From NCBI GenBank assembly GCA_034520945.1, contig JAXHNB010000002.1:128001-192000 (forward strand): DNA of 64,000 nt. The letters run 5' to 3'. Positions 43,093-50,907 of the stretch are shown one piece after another. Origin of the DNA: Trueperaceae bacterium (lineage in GTDB: Bacteria; Deinococcota; Deinococci; Deinococcales; Trueperaceae). The stretch's first letter is position 1. Every line of letters begins with the position of its first letter. Below the pieces are notes generated by a model that worked only from the letters and a program-made list of their open reading frames with translations, searched no databases and was not told the DNA's origin. Position numbers and translations under genes: made by a program.

Positions 43093-43671
43093 TCATGGCG
43101 CAGCTTCGCCCGGGTCGCCGCCGGTCACTTGGGCGAGGGCGTCCTGGTGGACCGCCAGGTCGCGCGCCGTGAAGAGCACGAACCGGACCAACCGCACGTG
43201 CTGCAGGTTGAGCGCGACGTCGGCGATCGTGCCGAGCGCCACGTGCGCGGCGTCCTCGACCGGGTAGCCGAACGCGCCGGTCGAGATGGCCGGAAACGCG
43301 AGCGACGACATCTCCTTCTTCTCGGCCAAGCGCAACGCATTGCGGTAGCCCTCAGCCAGGAGCTCGTCGCTGGGCGTGTCCAGCCCGTATACGGGGCCGA
43401 GCACGTGAATCACGTAGCGATTGGCGAGCCCATGCCCACCGGTCACGACCGCTTGGCCCGGCCGGATGGGGCCCAGCGGCACGGCCTCCGCTTCGAGCCC
43501 GGATCCCGCCGCCCGATGAATCGCGCCGGCCACGCCCCCGCCGATGCGCAGTTGCGCGTTGGCGGCGTTCACCACGGCGTCCACGTCCGGTTGGCGGACG
43601 ATGTCGCCTTGGACGAGTTCGACGTGGACCCGTCCGAACGTCCGGCTGGTGGGTGTTGGTGACTGTGCCAT
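43093..43671 (-). CDS. Macrodomain protein (YmdB-like O-acetyl-ADP-ribose deacetylase)
   Basis: GDI, VNAAN..L..GGGVAGAIHRAAG, VIH..GP and AFPAISTG.FGYP motifs. Confidence 0.95.
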   Translation of the reverse strand: MAQSPTPTSRTFGRVHVELVQGDIVRQPDVDAVVNAANAQLRIGGGVAGAIHRAAGSGLEAEAVPLGPIRPGQAVVTGGHGLANRYVIHVLGPVYGLDTPSDELLAEGYRNALRLAEKKEMSSLAFPAISTGAFGYPVEDAAHVALGTIADVALNLQHVRLVRFVLFTARDLAVHQDALAQVTGGDPGEAAP

Positions 43672-44006
43672 GGGGACCTCCGTCCCTCAGCGTAGCGCCG
43701 AAGCGCGGGTCCCACGCGTCTCCTGCGAGGCCGTCCAAGACCGGAGATGAGCCATGTTGTCGCGTTTGGGACGGCTCCGGGGGTGGGACGAATTTCCCTG
43801 TTGGCGCGCGGTGTACCCCCGGTAGCGTTCCTGTGTACGCCTGATGAGGAGCCTTGCATCGGCAGCGCGCTCCGGGCGTTCGGGCCTGCGACCCGTAACG
43901 GTCATCACTGGGTTCGGAAAGGAGGGGTTCTGGAGGACGTCGTGTCGTTTCCAGAAGCAACAACGCACACGCTGTCAATGCAATGCCCACTCGAAGGGAG
44001 TCCGCA

Positions 44007-44513
44007 ATGAACCGATTCGTCAAGACCATGACGGCGCTCGTCGCCGCCACTACGCTCCTCGGCGCCGCCTGGGCCCAAGGCTTGGGGGAAGACCTCACCG
44101 TCCGCATGGGCGAGATGTACTTCCAGATCGAAGGTCAGGAAAAGAACGCGCCGATCGAACTCGAAGCCGGCGTGCCCTACCGCATCACTTTCGTCAACGA
44201 AGGCGACGTGGAGCACCGCGTCAAGTTCGGCCGTAGCGTCGAGGCCGAAGAAGGCGTCCCCTTCGACTACGCCGAGCACCTGTTCGACGGGGTGTTCACG
44301 CGCGCGACCGGCATGGCCGGCAACCGGCAATTCTCGGTCGACACCGGTCAGCTGCTGGAGCTCGACGTGCAGCCCGGTGCCGTGGTGCTGGTCAGCTTCA
44401 CGTTGCCGACCTCCACGCGGGGCGAGTGGGAGATCGGCTGCTTCGTCCCCGCGACGCGTGACACGCCGAACCACTACATCGCCGGCATGCGCGCTCCGCT
44501 CATCATCGAGTGA
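44007..44513 (+). CDS. Exported cupredoxin with type-1 copper ligands (CopI/plastocyanin-like)
   Basis: Signal peptide ending AWAQ; F.N.G..EH and GEWEIGC-x10-H-x4-M give the His, Cys, His, Met ligand set. Confidence 0.82.
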   Translation: MNRFVKTMTALVAATTLLGAAWAQGLGEDLTVRMGEMYFQIEGQEKNAPIELEAGVPYRITFVNEGDVEHRVKFGRSVEAEEGVPFDYAEHLFDGVFTRATGMAGNRQFSVDTGQLLELDVQPGAVVLVSFTLPTSTRGEWEIGCFVPATRDTPNHYIAGMRAPLIIE

Positions 44514-44545
44514 CGTCGCATACCACAAAACGAACGGGAGAATTC

Positions 44546-45904
44546 ATGATGAAGGTACGCATTTTCATTCTCAGCCTGAGCATCGCCGCCTTGGCAATGT
44601 TCGGCGCCGCTACGGCGCAGGACGACGGCGACTGGGCCACCGAGTGGTCCGACATGGTCAACGTGCACCTGTTGGCCGACCTCGATTCCTCCGGTCCGCC
44701 CGCGTGGGATCCCGAAGAGCACCCGGACGTGTTCATCACCACCGAGGGCATGGGCTACTCCGGCCTGATGGGCTCGCCCAACTCGCCCGGCCTGGCGATC
44801 ATCGACGCCAACACCTACGAGCCCGTCGCGTCGCAGAGCTACGAGCTGGAAGGCGCCGACGAGTACTTCGAGCCGCACGGCCTGGGCGTCTCGTCCGACG
44901 GCCGCTGGATCTACCTGCCGACCGGCACCAGCCCCGGCTTCGGTGCCGTGGGGACCGGCCGCTTGCTCATCATCGACGCCTACACGCTCAAGATCGACAA
45001 GATCCTCTCCACGCCTACCAACCCCCACCACGCCAAGAGCTTCACCCACGCCGATGGGCGCGAGCTGGTGTTGGCCTACACCTTCCGTGAGGGTGGGTTC
45101 TACATCCTCGACCCCAACGACGACAACCGCATGGTCGGGAGCGTCCCCAACCGCGAGCTGCAGGGCAACGGCTATCTCGCCTTCACCACCCCCGACGGGG
45201 AGTACCTGCTGATCAGCACGCGTCCCCCCTCCGGCGTGGACGCCCACGGGTTCGTGTCGGTCATCGACACCGAAACCTGGGAGCTGGTCCGCAACATCGA
45301 GGTGCTGGACTCCGATCCCATCTGGATCGCCATCACCGCCGACGGAAACGAAGCGCTCGTGACGGGCGGGCACGACAGCAACCTGACGCGCCTGTCGCTC
45401 GAAGGGGACGTCTCCGACTGGCACGTCGACGGCGCCGCCAACGCGGCCGCGCTCGGGCCCTACGGCGTGCACTACAACTGGGACGAGGACCGCGCGTTCG
45501 TGGTCAGCAAGGGCGAAGCCACCCACAACCGCGGCATCACCCTCGGCGAGGTGAACCCCGTCATCATGCAGCCTCCGCCCCTGCACTCCTGGGCGCCGGG
45601 TCCCGTCGCCACGCACCACACCGCTTGCATCCGTGGCGACCACGGTACCGTGCACCCGGACATCGACCGGGACGAGCTGTGGATCACCTGCAACGGTAGC
45701 TTCGAGATCGTCGTGTTCGACATGTTCGCCAAGGAGGTCAAGGAGCGCATCCCCATGCCGAACGGGGGCAGCACGCACTCCGGCGCCTTCGTTCACTACG
45801 AGGCCGACCCGATGGCGTCGACCGAAGGCACCGTCCTGTCGGACCAGAACGGCATGCACGGTCCCGCACTGCAGACCAAGCGGGAGATCCTCGGTCTCGA
45901 ATAG
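44546..45904 (+). CDS. Exported His-rich beta-propeller protein (YncE/cd1-d1/NosZ-propeller-like fold), function unknown
   Basis: Signal peptide ending ATAQ; repeated blades (PHGLGVSSDGRWIY, LLIIDA.T, TPDGEYL, VSVIDTET, PIWIAITADG, IVVFD). About 19 His; no CxxCH. Confidence 0.75.
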   Translation: MMKVRIFILSLSIAALAMFGAATAQDDGDWATEWSDMVNVHLLADLDSSGPPAWDPEEHPDVFITTEGMGYSGLMGSPNSPGLAIIDANTYEPVASQSYELEGADEYFEPHGLGVSSDGRWIYLPTGTSPGFGAVGTGRLLIIDAYTLKIDKILSTPTNPHHAKSFTHADGRELVLAYTFREGGFYILDPNDDNRMVGSVPNRELQGNGYLAFTTPDGEYLLISTRPPSGVDAHGFVSVIDTETWELVRNIEVLDSDPIWIAITADGNEALVTGGHDSNLTRLSLEGDVSDWHVDGAANAAALGPYGVHYNWDEDRAFVVSKGEATHNRGITLGEVNPVIMQPPPLHSWAPGPVATHHTACIRGDHGTVHPDIDRDELWITCNGSFEIVVFDMFAKEVKERIPMPNGGSTHSGAFVHYEADPMASTEGTVLSDQNGMHGPALQTKREILGLE

Positions 45905-45919
45905 ACCGGCGGAACGCTC

Positions 45920-45945
45920 GGTGGGGAGGCGCGCGCCTCCCCACC
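45920..45945 (+). terminator. Intercistronic palindromic stem-loop after the propeller gene
   Basis: ggtggggaggcgcgcgcctccccacc is a perfect 26-nt palindrome. Confidence 0.6.
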
Positions 45946-45968
45946 CCCTTCGGAGGGAGTCCAGCACC

Positions 45969-46571
45969 ATGACCACGAGTTCCTATGTTCGTGTCGCGAT
46001 TCTTGCCCTCTTGATGCCGTTCGCGTTCCTTGCGTCGGCGCAGGAGGAGGCGCCCGACCCGGAGTTGGTCAAGCGCGGGCAAGATCTTTACTACAACGTG
46101 GCCGGAACGGGCTGCGTCACCTGTCACGGCGTCGCGGGCCTCGGCGACATCGGCATCGGCCCGAACATCCGCGGCGTGCCGGTGGTCCGCATCGAGGGCG
46201 CTCTGGATGCTGCCGAGGAGATGGCGTTCCTGCATCCGGTGCTCAGCGAGGACGACCTGGTGGCGCTGGAGGCCTACCTGGCGTACGTCGAAACCCTCGT
46301 TCCCGCCACGACCACCGTACGCGGTGGTGCGTTCCAACCCGACGAGGTCAGGTTGCCTGCCGGCCAGCAGGTGCAGTTGATCGTCGACAACGGAAACCGC
46401 TCACCCTGCACCTTGGTCGTCGACGGTGTCGACGTGCAGGCCACCATCGACGGGCGCAGCACCGGCGACGTGTCGTGGACCACCGGCAGTGCCGGTACGC
46501 AGACCGTGGCCTATTGCCAGGACGAGCCCGACGTCCAACTCACGGTTCGCATCGTCGAACCCGAGGAGTGA
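45969..46571 (+). CDS. Exported class I cytochrome c fused to a C-terminal cupredoxin-like domain
   Basis: Signal peptide ending ASAQ; G..LY...CVTCHG..G.G..GP and a distal Met (EEM); then F.P..V.LPAG..V.L...N...C...YC cupredoxin-like domain. Confidence 0.85.
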   Translation: MTTSSYVRVAILALLMPFAFLASAQEEAPDPELVKRGQDLYYNVAGTGCVTCHGVAGLGDIGIGPNIRGVPVVRIEGALDAAEEMAFLHPVLSEDDLVALEAYLAYVETLVPATTTVRGGAFQPDEVRLPAGQQVQLIVDNGNRSPCTLVVDGVDVQATIDGRSTGDVSWTTGSAGTQTVAYCQDEPDVQLTVRIVEPEE

Positions 46572-46575
46572 GACC

Positions 46576-47586
46576 ATGACGAGCCTGACGCGACGACTGG
46601 CGGGCCTCCTGATCGTGGTCGCCCTGGTGATGGGCGCTGCGATCGCACAGGACGACCATTCGGACGACGGTGAGGCGGAAGCCCTCACCATGAACGAGGC
46701 CATGCAGATGCTCACGCGCAGCGGAAGGGTGCCGCTGGCCGACGAGCACGACCACGACCAGATTCACGTCGACGTGCTGTACGCGCACCCGATCGTGTAC
46801 CGCTCGGGCGGCAACGAAGTGCCCGAGGCGGTGTACGAGGGCGACGAAGTGATCGTGTTCGTCACCGAGAACATCCACGCCGGCGAGTTCAGCTGGGATC
46901 CGGTCAAATTCGACCTGTACGTCGACGGGCGCGGCCCCATCGCGCCGGTGCGGTCCGAACAGGTGTCGCCCGACCCGCACCACCGCGCCACGCGGCACCA
47001 TTACCGCCTGGAGGAGGGCGAGGGCCCGCTATTGCGCAGCGACAGCTCGCGCTTGGAGCTGCGGCCCCAGGCCGGCAGCAGCAAGGCCGAGTTCGCGTGG
47101 GATCTCCCGCTCGAACTGGGCGAGGTGCGCTTCCACGGCCTCGAACCCACCGATGAGCCCCTCGACCTGAGCGACGCGCCGGTGTTGCGCGTCGAAGCGA
47201 CCGAAGACACCTACGTGCACTCGGGCCTCGTGGTGCCGGTGGGCGAGCCCGTCGTGGTCTTGTTCCGCAACGACACCGACGACGAACACCATTTCCACGT
47301 CCTGGACCTCGCCATCGACGGCACCATGCGCTGGCTCCAGACCGCGGGCGAGGCCGACCTGTTCACCGACGCCGAGCTGCGCCAGGCCACCCAGCTGCCC
47401 GACCACATCTGCGACAGCGACAGCGGCATCTGCCCCACGGGGCAGAGCGTGCACCTGCACGCCAACCCCCACGGGTCCGATGCGATCGCCTTCGTGCCGA
47501 AGGAGGTCGGCACCTTCGAGGTGGTGGACCCGCTGTTCCCGGAGCGGAGCGCGGAGTTCGAGGTCGTCGCCGGGGACGCTGGCTGA
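46576..47586 (+). CDS. Exported His-rich two-domain protein with a C-terminal cupredoxin-like domain (candidate metal chaperone)
   Basis: Signal peptide ending AIAQ; EHDHD, ENIH, DPHHR, RHH, VPVGEPV...F.N....EHHFH, HIC-x5-C, VHLHA and F.P...GTF. Confidence 0.65.
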   Translation: MTSLTRRLAGLLIVVALVMGAAIAQDDHSDDGEAEALTMNEAMQMLTRSGRVPLADEHDHDQIHVDVLYAHPIVYRSGGNEVPEAVYEGDEVIVFVTENIHAGEFSWDPVKFDLYVDGRGPIAPVRSEQVSPDPHHRATRHHYRLEEGEGPLLRSDSSRLELRPQAGSSKAEFAWDLPLELGEVRFHGLEPTDEPLDLSDAPVLRVEATEDTYVHSGLVVPVGEPVVVLFRNDTDDEHHFHVLDLAIDGTMRWLQTAGEADLFTDAELRQATQLPDHICDSDSGICPTGQSVHLHANPHGSDAIAFVPKEVGTFEVVDPLFPERSAEFEVVAGDAG

Positions 47587-47633
47587 CGCAACGCACGATG
47601 GCGCCCCTGCTCGCACCAGCGCGAGCGATCCAA

Positions 47634-47670
47634 AGCGACCTGCGTAGGGACGGTTTCTGCGCAGGTCGCT
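47634..47670. terminator. Stem-loop between the convergent copper operon and GST gene
   Basis: agcgacctgcgtag...ctgcgcaggtcgct forms a 14-bp stem with one G-U pair. Confidence 0.6.
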
Positions 47671-48376
47671 ATCGTTCGTCGTCGAGCGATTCGAGGTCGG
47701 ATGCTCGGGGTGCGGTCGAGCGCCATTGTGCGAAGGGGACGCCCACGGTGTCCCGACTCACCATCACGGCCGGGCGAGTGTCGAGGCTGGCCAGCCACGA
47801 CCCGAGACGGGGCAGGTCGGTGTCGGGCAGCCCGAAGCGCCGGTAGCCGGACAGCCACGCGTACACGCAAACGTCGGCGGCGGAGGGTCCAGGAAGGTCA
47901 GGGGCTGCCACGATCCATCGGCCGCCGGACCGCTCGAGCGCCTCTTCGACGGCATGTAGATGCCGGCGCCCCTCCGCGAGCAGGGTCTCCGCGCGGACGT
48001 GATCGATGCCCGCCTCAGGCGGCTCGATCAACTGCCAGTACAGGTGATGGCTGACGTCCCGAAGGGGACCGCTGGACCAGTCGATCCACGTCAGGACGTC
48101 ACGGCGGGCGCGTTCGTCGGCGGGAAATGAGCGTGGTTCGGGATGGGCCACCTCGAGGTGCAGCAGAATGTCCAGCGAGTCCAGGTGGGCGCCGTCCTCA
48201 TCGAAGTAGGCAGGGACCTTTCCTCGGGGATTCAGTGCGAGGTAGGCGGCCGTCTTTTGCTCCCGGGTCCTCAGGTCGATCTCGACACGGTCGAACCGCA
48301 CGCCCTTTTCGTGCAGGGCGATGGATACCTTGAAGCAGTGCGGGCTCCGGCGCGAGCTGAACAGCGTGGGGCGCAT
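47669..48376 (-). CDS. Glutathione S-transferase family protein
   Basis: SP.C.KV.I.L.EKG, Y..LNP.GKVP, DS..IL.HL and S.AD motifs. Confidence 0.9.
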   Translation of the reverse strand: MRPTLFSSRRSPHCFKVSIALHEKGVRFDRVEIDLRTREQKTAAYLALNPRGKVPAYFDEDGAHLDSLDILLHLEVAHPEPRSFPADERARRDVLTWIDWSSGPLRDVSHHLYWQLIEPPEAGIDHVRAETLLAEGRRHLHAVEEALERSGGRWIVAAPDLPGPSAADVCVYAWLSGYRRFGLPDTDLPRLGSWLASLDTRPAVMVSRDTVGVPFAQWRSTAPRASDLESLDDER

Positions 48377-48387
48377 CGGGTACGGCA

Positions 48388-49173
48388 TCATGCAGGCGCG
48401 ACTGCGCGCCACACGCGCAACCAGTTGGCGTACGCGAGGTCGCGTAGGGCGGGTTCTTCATGGCCGGCCTTGCGGAGCACGTCGAGGACCTTGGGTAGAC
48501 CACGGGCGTCGCCGATGGCGTCGAGCACGTCCCAGAAGCCCGCTTCGGTGAGGTGCGAGACGTCGAGCAGCACGCCCAGGCGCTCGCAGGCCGCTACCAG
48601 TTCCCGGCCCAGGTCCGTCAGGCCGGGACCAAGGTCGGGCGTGGACGGAAAGGCGAGGGGGACGCCATGGGCGAACGCGTTCGGTCGGCTCCAGGCGAGC
48701 CCCAGCGAACGCACGCCGCGGTCGTACAGGGCGGCGAGTGTTTCGAGGTCTGGATCGATGGCGTCGGCCCCTTCCACGTGGAGGGCGGCCGCCAGCACGT
48801 CGTCGCGGAGGCACGATTCTGCCTCGTCCGGATGCGTCACCACGCGAACGCTGCCGCCCGACGTGGCGGCGAACTCGTGCAGCCAATCGGCCATCGCGTA
48901 CACGTGCCGGCGCGCGACGGCGGGATCCAGGGCGGGCGGGAGTGGAAGCTGGTAGCGGCCCGTATCGTCCGTGTGCGCGGCGAAATCGTTGGGGGCAACC
49001 TGCGAGGGGACGAAGGCCGAGAAAAACCCGCCGGCCATGCCCCCTTCGCGCATGCGGGGGAGATCGAGGTGCCCCTCGTCGCCCTTCGCGAGCACGTCTC
49101 GCTGCCCGCTGCGTTCCGGCCAGCGAACGACGGTCAGCAGGTCGTTGTGGCCATCGAAGACAGGAATCGTCAT
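48388..49173 (-). pseudogene. Membrane dipeptidase (peptidase M19) with a large in-frame internal deletion
   Basis: FDGHND, HLDLPR, HVEG, W.R.N and DVSHL...GFWDV run directly into IGD..GLP...NWLRV. The HSN and GSDFDG segments are absent. Confidence 0.8.
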
Positions 49174-49237
49174 GTCGGCTTCGTGGCGCGGGGGCGGCCG
49201 GAGGCGAACCCAGGGCGGGCGCCCCCGGCCGCCGCCT

Positions 49238-50764
49238 TCACTCGGCCCGCGAGATGGTGCGGACCTCGATCTTTTGATCGGGCCGCGGCTGCCAGTCGAG
49301 ATCGCTCCGGACGCCGTACAGGTCGACCTGCTGGAACAGGATCAGCCAGGGAAGCTCGTCGTGAATGATCTCCTGCGCTTCGCCGTACAGCTCGGCGCGT
49401 CGCTCGTCGTTCATGGTGGTTCGCGCCTCCGACACCAGGCGCGTCACCTCTTCGTTCTCGTAGTTGTTCTTGGTGGGCGTGCGGGCGAAGCCGCCCCACA
49501 GGATGTCGTCGGCATCGAAGGTGCTGGTGCCCCACCCCATGTAGTGCGCCGCGGCCAACTCGTCGCCGGCCCGGTACTTGGTGAGCTGCACACTCCAATC
49601 GTTGAGGTTGAGGTCCACGTCGATCCCCACGTCGGACCACTGCCCCACGAGCGCTTCCGCGACCTCCTGGTCCTGTGCGTAGCGCCCCACGGGTGCGTCC
49701 ATCTCGAAGCTGATGCCGTCGGGGTAGCCCGCTTCTGCCAGAAGTTCACGGGCGCGCTCGGGATCGTGTGGATAGGGCTCGAGGTCCTCGTTCAGTCCGA
49801 ATGTGCCGTGCGCCAGGGGGGTGCCGATCTTGACGGCGTTTCCGTCGAAGAGGAACTCGATGATCTCGTCGACGTTGGTGGCGTACTGGATGGCCTTCCG
49901 CACGCGCACGTCCGACAGCGCCTCGTTCTTGGTGCCGTCCAGCGCCACGTACTGGATGTAGGTACTGGGTACGTCGCGGACGTCGAGCGCCGGGTCGTTG
50001 TCGACCGCGTCGGTGCGGTTGGCGGGCACGTTGGTGATCAGGTCGACGTCGCCCGCCTGCAGGGCCGCCACGCGGGTGGAGAGCTCGGGGATGGGGCGGA
50101 ACGCGACCTCCTGCGCCTCCGGCGCACCGCGCCAGTGATCCTCGAAGGCGCGGAGCTCCAGCCGGTCGTCCTTGACCCACTCGACCACGCGGTAGGCGCC
50201 GGTCCCGACGGGCTCTTCCGAAAGGGTGGCCTGGTCGGTGGATTCCACGTAGTCCTTGGAGACGACGAACCACTCGCTCAACCGCGCGGGCAGGAGCGGG
50301 TAGGGATCGTGCGTGTGAATCCGTACCGACAACGGCCCGGTCACTTCCACGTCCTCGATGACGGCGAAGCGGCTGGCCAACGGTGAGCCGAGCGACTCGT
50401 CCAGCGGGCGCTCCAGGGTGAACTCGACGTCTTCGGCCTCGAGCGTGCTGCCGTCATGAAAGCTCACGCCTTCGCGCAGCTGCAGCTCCCAGGTGGTGTC
50501 GTCGACGGTCCGCCATTCCGTGGCGAGGCCCGGCACCAGTTCGAGGTCGGCGTTGCGGTAGATGAGCGTGTCGAACACGTTGCTCAGCAGGCTGGTGCTG
50601 AAGGCGTCGTTCTGCATCTGCGGGTCCAACGAGGCGACGTCGGTGCCTTGCGCCACCATTAGCCGGTCGAGGGACTGCGCCAAGGCGGGGCCAGCCAGCA
50701 GGACGAGAAGGGCCGCGAGAAGGGCCGGGAGGGACGGACGGGCCGAGCTTCGAAAACGATGCAT
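49238..50764 (-). CDS. ABC transporter substrate-binding protein, family 5
   Basis: Signal peptide ending ALAQ; SLDP, PGLATEW, LREGV.FHDG, PVGTG.Y, D.RVRKAI and RARELLAEAGY motifs. Confidence 0.95.
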   Translation of the reverse strand: MHRFRSSARPSLPALLAALLVLLAGPALAQSLDRLMVAQGTDVASLDPQMQNDAFSTSLLSNVFDTLIYRNADLELVPGLATEWRTVDDTTWELQLREGVSFHDGSTLEAEDVEFTLERPLDESLGSPLASRFAVIEDVEVTGPLSVRIHTHDPYPLLPARLSEWFVVSKDYVESTDQATLSEEPVGTGAYRVVEWVKDDRLELRAFEDHWRGAPEAQEVAFRPIPELSTRVAALQAGDVDLITNVPANRTDAVDNDPALDVRDVPSTYIQYVALDGTKNEALSDVRVRKAIQYATNVDEIIEFLFDGNAVKIGTPLAHGTFGLNEDLEPYPHDPERARELLAEAGYPDGISFEMDAPVGRYAQDQEVAEALVGQWSDVGIDVDLNLNDWSVQLTKYRAGDELAAAHYMGWGTSTFDADDILWGGFARTPTKNNYENEEVTRLVSEARTTMNDERRAELYGEAQEIIHDELPWLILFQQVDLYGVRSDLDWQPRPDQKIEVRTISRAE

Positions 50765-50907
50765 GGCGTTCCTTTCCGTGCAGGGACCTGGGACTTTGAC
50801 GAAGAGACGGACAGTATGGAGTTGAACAGAAACGGGTGAGACACTCTGTCAGGAATCGAACCCGGCCGCATCCATCCCATGATGCAACGGGCGGCCGAGG
50901 GGCACGT

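Noticed and set aside
42593..43671. Macrodomain beside a toxin-antitoxin pair as a DarTG-like defence system
   Set aside because: The macrodomain is a stand-alone YmdB type, the neighbouring toxin is a PIN domain, and no ADP-ribosyltransferase is present.
43841..43880. CTGATGAG resembles a hammerhead ribozyme core
   Set aside because: The stem that follows is not closed by the required GAAA, and no matching stem I/III with an NUH site was found.
44546..45904. Calling the propeller nosZ or nirS
   Set aside because: No C-terminal CuA motif, no CxxCH, a different His-motif order, and no nos or nir accessory genes in the window.
50846..50868. GGTTCGATTCC on the minus strand resembles a tRNA T-loop
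   Set aside because: No acceptor stem, D-arm, anticodon arm or CCA around it.
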